This document shows positions 16,393 through 25,601 of a stretch of DNA of 54,822 bases, piece after piece; position 1 is the first letter of the stretch; each line of letters starts with the position of its first letter. The stretch lies in the NCBI GenBank assembly GCA_029762535.1, contig JARVGK010000020.1, positions 1 through 54,822 on the forward strand. Direction: 5' to 3'. Both the position numbers and the translations under genes were made by a program. The stretch comes from Thermoplasmatota archaeon (GTDB lineage: Archaea > Thermoplasmatota > Penumbrarchaeia > Penumbrarchaeales > Penumbrarchaeaceae). The notes under the pieces are model-generated. The model was not told the origin of the DNA. It saw nothing but the letters and a program-made list of their open reading frames with translations, and did not search any database.

Positions 16393-17480
16393 GCTTCCTC
16401 TTCCGGTTCCATTGTGCCTTCATCCTTATCTAGTGCGGCCCTCAAGGCCTTGGAGAACTCCGTGGCACATGTTTCAAGAACACGGTCCACCCGGCCTTTT
16501 CCGTTTAGGCCGGCGGCAGCGTCATGCCCTCCGCCTTCGGCCCCTATCATCCTGCCGACCTCCTCCATGAACTTGCCCAGGTTCATGCCCGCCCTGATTA
16601 TATGGGGCTTGGCCCTGGCCGAGACCCTCATCTCGCTATCCTTCTGAGAGCCGATGAAAACGACATCGCACCCCACTACAAGCAGGCCCCTGGCTGCCGC
16701 TGACTCGAACGATCCCACCGTTGAAGTGGCCACTATCTGGTCCTGAACCCGTTGATATCTGACCCTCTTGAGAGATTTTAGAACGGCGATCTTCTTGGAA
16801 ATGTCGAAATACTCATCTCCCTCGATAGTTGAGAGAACATCCTCGATGCTGACCCCGGACCCTTCAACGAGGAATGAGATGATTGCCATGTCCTCCGCCT
16901 TCGCGAACCGGAACCTGCCGGTATCCGCCGTGATCCCGGCCATGCCCGCAATGGCGATCTCACGGGTGAGGGACATTCCGGACATCATGGCCATTTGTAG
17001 CATTATCTCGACGCATGCGCTTCGCTTCTCGTCCCTATAAACGTTTCCGACCCAGTTGACGTTATCCTGATGATGGTCTATGACGATGTACTCCTTCCAA
17101 GAGGAGATGTCGCCGTCAGAGACCTGTGATGGCGATGAGGAATCGATTATCAACAACAGCTCTGCGGAGCCCGTATCCGGATCCACTTCCATTGACTCCC
17201 CGAGGGAGGACAATAACATCCTGCCTGCCTGAGATATGCTCTTGTATGAACCTATCCTAACCCATGGGAACAGCCATTTGATGATCAGACATGATGCCAC
17301 CGCGTCAAGGTCCGCATTATGGTGGGCAAGCGCCAGAACGTTCTCTTTCCTGCCCTTGATGATCCGCTCGCATATCCTCATAAGGGCGATCGGGTCCTTG
17401 GGATGGGGCAGGGTACCTATTCCGAAGGACCATCCGGCAGGGAACCTTTCCGGCCTTCGGGATTCGGAAGCTGAATCCAT
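16374..17480 (-). CDS. DHH/DHHA1 family phosphoesterase
   Basis: HHNADLDA, IDHH, DTGRF, SARA, GGGHDAAAG. The start may lie further downstream. Confidence 0.9.
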   Translation of the reverse strand: MDSASESRRPERFPAGWSFGIGTLPHPKDPIALMRICERIIKGRKENVLALAHHNADLDAVASCLIIKWLFPWVRIGSYKSISQAGRMLLSSLGESMEVDPDTGSAELLLIIDSSSPSQVSDGDISSWKEYIVIDHHQDNVNWVGNVYRDEKRSACVEIMLQMAMMSGMSLTREIAIAGMAGITADTGRFRFAKAEDMAIISFLVEGSGVSIEDVLSTIEGDEYFDISKKIAVLKSLKRVRYQRVQDQIVATSTVGSFESAAARGLLVVGCDVVFIGSQKDSEMRVSARAKPHIIRAGMNLGKFMEEVGRMIGAEGGGHDAAAGLNGKGRVDRVLETCATEFSKALRAALDKDEGTMEPEEEAQREEG

Positions 17481-17516
17481 ATAAAAAACCTGAAACCTAA
17501 AGATCCTACGAGGAGT

Positions 17517-17867
17517 CTATTGGTATTTACCCAGGGCTTCGTTCAACTCCTTGCCCAGGGATTCGTACATCTCCCTTAGTGACTTCTCCTGCTTCTCCAT
17601 GCTGTTGAGTCTTATGCCGGTGGTCTCCAGCTCGTCCTTCAAAGACGCTTTGAGGGAGGCCACATCCTCCACCTTTATGAGAAGGTCCCCCGCACGTTTA
17701 TAAACATCGGACCCGGAATTACCCTCAAGCGCGGAAAGCGCCGATTCCATGTCCTTTTTTCGCGCCTCCATATCTCCTCTTTGAGCTATGATCATCTGGA
17801 GCTGACCCTTGATCTGCTCGAACCTACCTAACTGGTCCTGTATCTTCTGGGGTATCTGTGTTGCCAT
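17517..17867 (-). CDS. pfdB: Prefoldin beta subunit
   Basis: Coiled coil with a VYKRAGDLLIK beta-hairpin; conserved position. Confidence 0.92.
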   Translation of the reverse strand: MATQIPQKIQDQLGRFEQIKGQLQMIIAQRGDMEARKKDMESALSALEGNSGSDVYKRAGDLLIKVEDVASLKASLKDELETTGIRLNSMEKQEKSLREMYESLGKELNEALGKYQ

Positions 17868-18138
17868 ATCGATCCCTGCCTTTCATCGCGGAGAAACCTT
17901 TACTTCTACTTATTCTTTTCAAGGGAGGGGGGTCAAGAGCGGAAACGACTGCCTGGACAAGACCGAGGTATGAATTCAGAGAGGCCCTGTGGGATGTTAG
18001 ATCGGCCGAGGCGATGTCGAGCACGATGTGACCATCCGCTTCCGTTCCACTGTCGATCGCCACGAAAGAACCTGAAGGTGGGCTCTGAAGTTCCGGGTCC
18101 AATGCCCCTCTGACCGCGGATGATAGCCCAGAGGGCAT
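17824..18138 (-). CDS. pcc1: KEOPS complex subunit Pcc1 (start uncertain, possibly nearer 18180)
   Basis: ALDPE...IASADLTSHRASLNSYL; lies between rpoP and pfdB. Confidence 0.75.
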   Translation of the reverse strand: MPSGLSSAVRGALDPELQSPPSGSFVAIDSGTEADGHIVLDIASADLTSHRASLNSYLGLVQAVVSALDPPPLKRISRSKGFSAMKGRDRYGNTDTPEDTGPVR

Positions 18139-18182
18139 GCTCAATTCAAGCCGGGAACGAGCTATGATGGAAGAAGGACCGA

Positions 18183-18317
18183 TCAGATCGATCTGAGGAC
18201 CTTCTTGCTGTTGGGCCTTTCCTTGTAAAAAACCTTGTATCCGCATTTGGAGCACTGTATCCCTATGGGGCTGAACTCCGTCTGAAGCTTTTCCCCGCAC
18301 CTTCCGCACTTGTACAT
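18183..18317 (-). CDS. rpoP: RNA polymerase subunit Rpo12 (P), not in the ORF track
   Basis: MYKCGRCGEKLQTEFSPIGIQCSKCGYKVFYKERPNSKKVLRSI. Confidence 0.95.
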   Translation of the reverse strand: MYKCGRCGEKLQTEFSPIGIQCSKCGYKVFYKERPNSKKVLRSI

Positions 18318-18578
18318 TCATATCCCGCCGAGTTTGCTCTCCAACATCTTGTGTTTCGGAGTTTTTGGTGAGTAGGCGCCTCCAGCGAACTTCAGATCGC
18401 AGGACCTGCACTGCCATATGCCTGTGGAGACGCGTCTGACATTCTCTTTTGAGCATCGGGGGCAGTGATATTTAGAGGACTTCTTGATCTCGATCGAACG
18501 GATCCGCTTTTTAACGCTGAGGCCATACCTCGCACCGAACTTACCATATCTGCCGACCTTCTTGGTCCTGCGGGCCAT
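18318..18578 (-). CDS. rpl37ae: 50S ribosomal protein L37Ae (eL43)
   Basis: RTKKVG..GKFGARYG, CPRC, TGIWQCRSC, AGGAY. Confidence 0.97.
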   Translation of the reverse strand: MARRTKKVGRYGKFGARYGLSVKKRIRSIEIKKSSKYHCPRCSKENVRRVSTGIWQCRSCDLKFAGGAYSPKTPKHKMLESKLGGI

Positions 18579-18672
18579 AACATTGCCTCCGAACCCGATA
18601 TATACCGGTTAGGATTTCCACCTAAACGGGAATCATTATTTATAGGTTGTGTAAGAGGCAAGATCTTTAGGA

Positions 18673-19374
18673 TCACTGATTGAGGAGCTTGATATCGATC
18701 TGGCCATGGGTCCTGTTGTTGAGCATGTCGAAGAACTCGGCCTGAAGGCCTGCGGGTATCTCGACCAGACATATCCACTGTCCGCTGCTATTCCACTCCT
18801 CCTTCAGGATTTTTCCGTAACCACGGATCTCTCCTATAAGCTTCCCGTACAAGCCTCCGTCCACCTTCAGTGCGATGGGGGTCATCTCCATCCTTATCGG
18901 TATAAGAGGCCTGAGCAATTTCAGGACATCCTGGACCTGGCCTTCGGCGGATTTGAACGGATCAACGTTCACCTTCGCTTCCTCCATGGCCATTTCAATA
19001 CGCTGAGGGGGGTGGGGGTTCTTGGTCACAGGATTGATGCAGTTCCTGGTGAGGATGGCGACGACCTGCTTCCTCTTCTCCTCCTGCATCTTCCTGCGCT
19101 GCTCCACCGTTAGCTGTATCTCTCCTTTCTCGATGATGGCCTTTGCTACCTCGAACACATCGGTGGTCTTGAACGCCTTCTGAAGCGATTCATCTGGCGC
19201 CCTGTCGCCTTTGTTGGAATCCTTGAAAACCATCTCCACGGCGAGTACGTCGGCCAGGTTCACGGATTCCGGCTCTTCACGTATTCTCTGGGCGAGAACC
19301 GGATCGACCAGTATCTCGAACCTGTCACCCATTCGGTCCAGGCGGGCGATGACCGCATCATCCATCGAGACCAT
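18673..19374 (-). CDS. Ribosome maturation factor SBDS/Sdo1
   Basis: FEILVDP, KGEIQLT, PHPPQRIEMAM, KEEW. Confidence 0.96.
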   Translation of the reverse strand: MVSMDDAVIARLDRMGDRFEILVDPVLAQRIREEPESVNLADVLAVEMVFKDSNKGDRAPDESLQKAFKTTDVFEVAKAIIEKGEIQLTVEQRRKMQEEKRKQVVAILTRNCINPVTKNPHPPQRIEMAMEEAKVNVDPFKSAEGQVQDVLKLLRPLIPIRMEMTPIALKVDGGLYGKLIGEIRGYGKILKEEWNSSGQWICLVEIPAGLQAEFFDMLNNRTHGQIDIKLLNQ

Positions 19375-19386
19375 GGAGGACCACCC

Positions 19387-20103
19387 TCACTTCTTCTTCT
19401 GGAGGTACTTCGATACCTTTGCGGGGTCCATCTTCTGGAAGGGCATATCCTTCTTGACCACTCCGATCTCGACGGCCAATGTGTTGAGGCCGCCCTCTTC
19501 GGTAGCGCTCATGAGAGCCTCCAGCCCGAGACCGATCCCCTCGTCCATGGTTATGTTGGGTTTGTACCTCTCCTCGAATATCTCCATCACCGCGCTCCTT
19601 CCCGACCCTATGGATCCGGCTTTATACGACATCATGGCACCGGAAGGGTCCGTCTCGTAAAGATGTACGCCCGTATCATCGACACCTGCGATCAGAAGGG
19701 CCGTTCCGAAAGGCCTCACGCCGCCATATTGGGTGTAGTTCTGTTTGAAATCGCATATCTTTTTCACGAGTATGTCCACGGGGATCCTCTCATCGAAGGT
19801 TATCCTGTTGATCTGTGCCTCGATACGAGCCCTGTCCACCAAAACCCTTGCGTCGGCCACAAGGCCGGATGTGGCACAACCTATGTAGGTGTCTATCTTG
19901 AAGATCTTCTCGATCGACGTGGGCTCTATGAGAGGGCTTGTTATCCTCTTGTCGATGATGAGGGCCGCTCCATCCTTGAACTTGAGCCCTACGGTGGTCG
20001 TCCCTCTTTTTACGGCTTCCCTGGCGTATTCCACCTGGAAGAGCCTCCCATCCGGCGAGAACACCGTGATGGCCCTGTCGTAAGCCATATTTCCCGGCTG
20101 CAT
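19387..20103 (-). CDS. psmA: Proteasome alpha subunit
   Basis: [39 protein letters not shown]. Confidence 0.98.
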   Translation of the reverse strand: MQPGNMAYDRAITVFSPDGRLFQVEYAREAVKRGTTTVGLKFKDGAALIIDKRITSPLIEPTSIEKIFKIDTYIGCATSGLVADARVLVDRARIEAQINRITFDERIPVDILVKKICDFKQNYTQYGGVRPFGTALLIAGVDDTGVHLYETDPSGAMMSYKAGSIGSGRSAVMEIFEERYKPNITMDEGIGLGLEALMSATEEGGLNTLAVEIGVVKKDMPFQKMDPAKVSKYLQKKK

Positions 20104-20229
20104 GTTTATCTCCTCGAACTGTTCTGTATTAAACCCGTTGGATCGATAAGATGGTCCGCCGGACTTAGCCCCAGATATCTGTTCCGGTAAATAACTATTG
20201 GTATAGTTAGCATGGTCCGTTGATGATAT

Positions 20230-20598
20230 CTACCTTCCTTCGGACCGCTCTTCGTGATAATGCCTCTTTGCTCTGACCCCGCCGGGTATGAACCTGTTGA
20301 ACGCCCCCTTTATCGTACCGGATACTCCTAGGACCTCGAACCTGAAATCCCCGCCTGAGACCTTGACACCCTGCACCTTCTCAAGGATCGACATCATATC
20401 GTCCAGACCATCAAGGGATGTCTTTATTATCGCAAATCCCTCGCAATAGTATACCACCCATGCCTTCAACCTTCGAAAATCATCCTCGCTCATCCTCTGA
20501 GTCATGCTGCGGACCATCTTGATCACGAGGCCTTTGCCCGGCCTTTCGGGAGATTGGACCTTTATGGCAACATATCTCCTTCTGTATGGGTGGACCAT
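20230..20598 (-). CDS. rnp2: RNase P protein Pop5/Rpp14
   Basis: RRRYV, VLGVSGTIK; upstream of psmA. Confidence 0.85.
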   Translation of the reverse strand: MVHPYRRRYVAIKVQSPERPGKGLVIKMVRSMTQRMSEDDFRRLKAWVVYYCEGFAIIKTSLDGLDDMMSILEKVQGVKVSGGDFRFEVLGVSGTIKGAFNRFIPGGVRAKRHYHEERSEGR

Positions 20599-20744
20599 GC
20601 CGACGAATGTATGACGGATATAATAAATGACTAGACGAAGGGAGGAAAGACAGTAATGTCAAGTAAAATATTTATAGCAAGTATTAAAGTATCATTTAGA
20701 GTTTAACCACCCCCTTACCTAAACCCCGATAGGAGTGTGATACC

Positions 20745-22127
20745 ATCGCGAATAGGATCTGGAAGACCGCCCCCCTGACGATCATTACCCTTGCATTCCT
20801 GTTCATAGTGGGGATCCCCCCGATGGACGAGGGCCCAACATCCACTGCCGCCGCCAATGAGACGGGAGGACCTCCTGAACTCTCACCCATATTCCTCTAC
20901 ATGAGGACCTCCATTGGGATAAGCCCCGAGGCCCCCGACCTGGACCAAGCGGAGTACACAGCTACGATACCGAACGGGTTCGTTCAGGATGGTCCGTTCG
21001 GACGCGGCATCCTGCCCTTCATGGGCCATGTCCAATGGAGGGAGGTGGGAACATGGAACACCGAGCCCGTGAAGAACACCATAAATCTCGGCGGCCAGGT
21101 GAGGATAGTGATGTACGTCAAGGGCAATCCCTCCAACAGCGGTACCGTCTCATCCGATTTCGAATTCATAATAACAAGGGCCGGAGAATCAGCCCCGATC
21201 CTACAACTCACCAAGGCGAACGTCAGGATTCCATCCGGAACAAGCGGGGACGTTGGGAGCTTCGATGTCCTTGGCAATTTCCCCTTCACGAACGACACCA
21301 CGATAAACGCCGGAACGGCCATGTCACTAAGGATCCGCGCTAGATGCAACGGCGGGGCCATACTCGTATTCGGGTCCTCTTCATACTCCTCCGGTGTCGG
21401 ATTCGATACGAACTCCCTGGCCGTTCACTCGTTACATATGTGCCGCGATGGTGTGACCGTTGAATACAGGGACGCTTTCTACATGTCGTGGATGAGGCTC
21501 GACAAGAGGTTGACCATAAATGCTCTGGTGCAGGACAACTCATACATGAAACCCGACATCAACTCAGTTAACAGCACAAGGGTTCTTTTTTGGCCTCTTG
21601 AAGTGAGCCCTGGTTCCTATGAGGTCAGCGCCAATCTTTCGTACAATCCCGAAGGTGCGGGGGTGGTCTCGAAATCGGAGATCTTCCGCATAGAGGAGGA
21701 GTTCATCCCGCCTTTTACCAGGTTCAAAATGTTCGTCTCATCCATCTCTATATATTTGATATTGATTTTGTTCATCACCATTATGCTCCTTTTCGTCAGA
21801 AAACAGAGGTTAAAGACCTGGAAGAGGAGGGTTAGGACCCTTCCCCCCGATGAGAGGGGGAAGTCCTTCAGGAAGCAGAAGAGGGCCTGGAAGGCCCGTA
21901 ACAAGGAAGAGAAACGTGACAGGAATGCTCAAAGGGCCGCCCGCAATAAAGAGGATGAAGAGGAGAGAGCGGAGTCTGGTTTCTCAATATTTAGAAAGAA
22001 GAAGGATGCCAAGCCCCCAAGACCTCACAGAAAAAGGCCCCCCGCGAAGACCGTTGAGGTTATCGAAGAGGGCGATAAGGAGAACGTGACCTTGGAGGGC
22101 CTCGGAGAGCTTGACCTCGACCTCTGA
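20745..22127 (+). CDS. Hypothetical type I membrane protein (signal peptide, beta-rich ectodomain, TM helix, basic/acidic tail); probable ATC start
   Basis: The frame is open upstream of GTG 20808 to a TAG at 20730. SD-like AGGAGTG at 20731-20737 precedes ATC 20745, giving (M)ANRIWKTAPLTIITLAFLFIVG. Confidence 0.7.
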   Translation: MANRIWKTAPLTIITLAFLFIVGIPPMDEGPTSTAAANETGGPPELSPIFLYMRTSIGISPEAPDLDQAEYTATIPNGFVQDGPFGRGILPFMGHVQWREVGTWNTEPVKNTINLGGQVRIVMYVKGNPSNSGTVSSDFEFIITRAGESAPILQLTKANVRIPSGTSGDVGSFDVLGNFPFTNDTTINAGTAMSLRIRARCNGGAILVFGSSSYSSGVGFDTNSLAVHSLHMCRDGVTVEYRDAFYMSWMRLDKRLTINALVQDNSYMKPDINSVNSTRVLFWPLEVSPGSYEVSANLSYNPEGAGVVSKSEIFRIEEEFIPPFTRFKMFVSSISIYLILILFITIMLLFVRKQRLKTWKRRVRTLPPDERGKSFRKQKRAWKARNKEEKRDRNAQRAARNKEDEEERAESGFSIFRKKKDAKPPRPHRKRPPAKTVEVIEEGDKENVTLEGLGELDLDL

Positions 22128-22194
22128 TCGTATTTCGAACCCTATCCATCACCCATGATCCTCATCAAGGACGCACAAAAGGAGGGCATCCCCC

Positions 22195-23451
22195 ATGTCG
22201 GAGACTTTCGTCCAGAAGGTATTGAGAAAAAGATTGGGAGTTGAAAGTGCTCAACCGGGCCAGATAGTAACGGTGAAGCCAGATCGCCTTCTGATGCATG
22301 ATAACGCTTCAGCGATAATCGAGAAGGTGAAAAGTGACATCGACAGGTTCGGGATCGTCGATCCGGACCTACCCGTGATCGTACTAGACCACGTAATACC
22401 AGCTTCCGATGAGAAGACCGCAATAAACCACAGGAGGATCCGGGAATTCGTGAGGAAGCATGGGATAAGGCATTTCTTCGACATAGGCGAGGGGGTCTGC
22501 CACCAGGTCATGTTCGAAAAAGGCCTCGTCCTTCCCGGGGACCTGGTCCTTGGATCGGACTCCCATACCTGTTCTTATGGGGCCGTGAACGCCTTCTCAA
22601 CTGGTATCGATCGGACCGAGGCCGCGGCCCTTCTCCTAACCGGCGAGACCTGGTTGAAGGTCCCTCATACGATGAAGATCATGTTGGAGGGCGGCCTATC
22701 CAAAGGAGTATACGCCAAGGACCTTGTCTTGACGATGATAGGCACTATCCACTCCGACGGGGCCTCCTACAGGTGCATCGAGTTCCATGGGGATATTGGC
22801 GGCCTAAGCATATCCGACCGCTTCACGATCTCCAACATGGGTGTGGAGATGGATTCCAAAGGGGCCGTCTTCCCTGTCGATGAAGTGACGAGGGAACATC
22901 TCGATACCGCCGGGATCGAAGATGTGTCTCCCGTATGGGCCGACCCGGACGCGAATTACTGGTCGGTCCACGAATTCGATATGGGGGATGTCGTCCCTGT
23001 CGTTTCCGCGCCCCACAAGGTCGATAACGTCAAACCCGTGTCGGAACTGACCGGCCTCCACTTCGATCAATGCTTCCTGGGAACCTGCACTAACGGCAGG
23101 CACGAGGACCTGAAGGTCGCTGCGAGAATACTTTCGGGCGAGAGGGTACATCCCAGCACAAGGCTGATAATCGCTCCGGCCTCGAGATCGGAGCTGGTAA
23201 AGGCCATGGCCGACGGGACGATATCCGGGCTCCTGGAGGCGGGCGGGGTCCTGCTCCCTCCAGGATGCGGGCCATGTTTGGGCGCCCATCAAGGGGTTAT
23301 GGCCCCCGGAGAGAGGACGATCTCCACATCGAACAGGAACTTCAAAGGGCGAATGGGGTGCAAGGAGGCAGAGATATATCTCGCGAGCCCCGCGACCGTG
23401 GCCGCCACGGCTCTCAGGGGAGAGCTGACCGATCCTATAGAGGTGATATGA
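22195..23451 (+). CDS. 3-isopropylmalate dehydratase/homoaconitase large subunit
   Basis: GVCHQ, GSDSHT, GTCTNGR, GCGPCLG, STSNRNFKGRMG. Substrate (LeuC or HacA) not resolvable from sequence by eye. Confidence 0.93.
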   Translation: MSETFVQKVLRKRLGVESAQPGQIVTVKPDRLLMHDNASAIIEKVKSDIDRFGIVDPDLPVIVLDHVIPASDEKTAINHRRIREFVRKHGIRHFFDIGEGVCHQVMFEKGLVLPGDLVLGSDSHTCSYGAVNAFSTGIDRTEAAALLLTGETWLKVPHTMKIMLEGGLSKGVYAKDLVLTMIGTIHSDGASYRCIEFHGDIGGLSISDRFTISNMGVEMDSKGAVFPVDEVTREHLDTAGIEDVSPVWADPDANYWSVHEFDMGDVVPVVSAPHKVDNVKPVSELTGLHFDQCFLGTCTNGRHEDLKVAARILSGERVHPSTRLIIAPASRSELVKAMADGTISGLLEAGGVLLPPGCGPCLGAHQGVMAPGERTISTSNRNFKGRMGCKEAEIYLASPATVAATALRGELTDPIEVI

Positions 23452-23940
23452 ATGAGGGTATGGAGATACGGTGACAACGTCAATACGGACATGCTCTTTC
23501 CAGGAAAATATACTTACACATGCTCGAAGCCAGAAGAGATAATGCCCCATCTGCTCGAGGACCTTGACCCTGACTTCTCCTCCGGTGTGAAAAAAGGGGA
23601 TCTGCTCTTGGTCGGTAGTAATTTCGGCTGCGGATCGTCGAGGGAACAGCCGGTGCTGGGATTGAAGCATGCCGGGATCGAGGCGATCATCGGCAGGTCC
23701 TTCGCCAGGATATTCTACAGGGCGGCGATCAACCAGGGGCTCATACTCATAGAATGCCCTTCCGCCGTTGATGCCTACAAAGATGGCGACGAGGTCATAC
23801 TTGACATCGGATCAGGAAGGATCGAGATAGGTGGAGAGGAGCACAGGTTCCCTCCTCTTCCCGATGCAGTATTGGCCATCAGGGACTCCGGGGGGCTACT
23901 GGAATACACCAGGAAGAGGCTCGAACCCCGGAAGGGTTAA
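23452..23940 (+). CDS. 3-isopropylmalate dehydratase/homoaconitase small subunit
   Basis: GDNVNTD, NFGCGSSREQ, SFARIFYR. Confidence 0.93.
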   Translation: MRVWRYGDNVNTDMLFPGKYTYTCSKPEEIMPHLLEDLDPDFSSGVKKGDLLLVGSNFGCGSSREQPVLGLKHAGIEAIIGRSFARIFYRAAINQGLILIECPSAVDAYKDGDEVILDIGSGRIEIGGEEHRFPPLPDAVLAIRDSGGLLEYTRKRLEPRKG

Positions 23941-25439
23941 AAATCGAACAAGCTTGATTGCCCCTTTCCGTTCGGATCGTATGGCATGTCCTCCTCGATG
24001 ACCGAGTGAGACGGGGGCTCTTTCTCCGAACCCTCCTCTTTCTCATCGTATGAGAAGAGGCCCCCTTCTGACCCTATCGCTTTGGGTGCGGCCCGAGAGG
24101 CATTGAGGGCCGAGGCGGCATCGAGGATCCGCTGAACGTCCTTCTTCGAGGCCTCGACACCGAGCATCAGCTCGAGGTTCTCCCTGGTCAGGCCTGCCTC
24201 TGCCGCGACATGTACGGCGAGCTCCTCGTCCCTGCCCATTGCGGCCTGGAGCAGGTATATCCCGTCCTCTTTCAGGGACCGGGAGGATGTGTGCGTTATC
24301 GATGCGAGCTTCTGACATGTGTCCTTCAGGTTGGCCCTCGAATCCTTGGACCGGGACATGAGCTTGAGATACGTTGGGAAGGAGAAGTAGGCACCGGAAC
24401 CACCGCCCTGCCTCCTGATCGTTCCGATTGATGCCAGAAGGTCGGAGCTGTATCTCCAGAGCCTGTAGTTCTGCCTCCTGCGAACACGGCCCGAGAAAAT
24501 ATCCGAGCGTGCCAGAATACCCATGGCCTTGTTCAGATCGGAACTGGAAGTGTAGTGTCCGGGAACGTTCTCCGCGAACCATAGCAACAGGGTCTCTGGA
24601 TCCTCATCAACGCCCCTCATGGCCTCCCTCACCTCCTGGATCGATCGGGAATGGAAGGCGATCTCCATCAGTTTGAATATGTTCTCCTTGGTATCCCTGT
24701 CCCCCAGGACGGAAAGGTCGGACATCGAGATGTAATTGCGCCCATGGGATAGGATCTCAAGGTCCCCGATGGCCGATCTCATGTCGCCACCCGATTTCTC
24801 CGCGATCGTGTCCAAGACCCCCTGCTCCACCTGTATCCCTTCGCTGACGCATATCTCCCTCAGGCGGCGGACCATGGATGCTGCCATGATCCTTCGGAAC
24901 TTGATCTTGATGCACATTCCGTTCAACGGCGCTCCTGACCCCTTGGTGAGGGAATACATGTCGTTCACGATCAGGATCACGGGGTGCAGGGTCGTCGACA
25001 GCAGCTCGATTATCGCCCTCTTTCCTCCCCGGTCGGACAGGTCCTCCCCATCGGAGATCGCTGAGGATTCGTAAAGATTGTCCGCCTCGTCCAATATGAT
25101 GAGCTTTCGCCTCATCTTCGTTTCCTTACCGCTGGAATAATCATCCGTTATCGAACCGGACATGGACCCCCTGGTAACGATCCTCCTTATAGCCTCCTGG
25201 TTCCTCGAATCCGAAGCGTTCAGCTCGACCGGGTCCCATTCCATGACCCGGGCGAGCGCGAGCGCGGCGCTGGTCTTTCCGGTTCCCGGCTCGCCATCTA
25301 GGATCAAACCCCTCTTTTTTGGGATCTGGCCATTCTCCCACGACCTCGCCCAGCCCATGATCTCCTCCACGGCCTTGTTCTGACCTACTATATTTTGAGG
25401 GGACAATGGCCGGTACTTCTCCACCCAGAAACGGCCCAT
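23937..25439 (-). CDS. rfcL: Replication factor C large subunit
   Basis: WVEKYRP, GEPGTGKT, ELNASD, LDEAD, GDMRSAI, C-terminal PIP box QSSLFDF. Confidence 0.95.
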   Translation of the reverse strand: MGRFWVEKYRPLSPQNIVGQNKAVEEIMGWARSWENGQIPKKRGLILDGEPGTGKTSAALALARVMEWDPVELNASDSRNQEAIRRIVTRGSMSGSITDDYSSGKETKMRRKLIILDEADNLYESSAISDGEDLSDRGGKRAIIELLSTTLHPVILIVNDMYSLTKGSGAPLNGMCIKIKFRRIMAASMVRRLREICVSEGIQVEQGVLDTIAEKSGGDMRSAIGDLEILSHGRNYISMSDLSVLGDRDTKENIFKLMEIAFHSRSIQEVREAMRGVDEDPETLLLWFAENVPGHYTSSSDLNKAMGILARSDIFSGRVRRRQNYRLWRYSSDLLASIGTIRRQGGGSGAYFSFPTYLKLMSRSKDSRANLKDTCQKLASITHTSSRSLKEDGIYLLQAAMGRDEELAVHVAAEAGLTRENLELMLGVEASKKDVQRILDAASALNASRAAPKAIGSEGGLFSYDEKEEGSEKEPPSHSVIEEDMPYDPNGKGQSSLFDF

Positions 25440-25601
25440 GGCGGATGAACGATCCATGAGGATGCAATGACGGGGGTGTAGTTTATATTTACGGAGGGAG
25501 GTTACCGTATGATATGGATCGAGGGGGATACGGTCTCGAGACCGCCTCCCAACATTTCATAGTTCAAACGTCAAGGAATGTCCAGACCAGGAGGAACACC
25601 C

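Noticed and set aside
18183-18456. N-terminal half of the 210-aa ORF 17824..18456
   Set aside because: Overlaps rpoP and rpl37ae in other frames. Only the C-terminal part is Pcc1-like.
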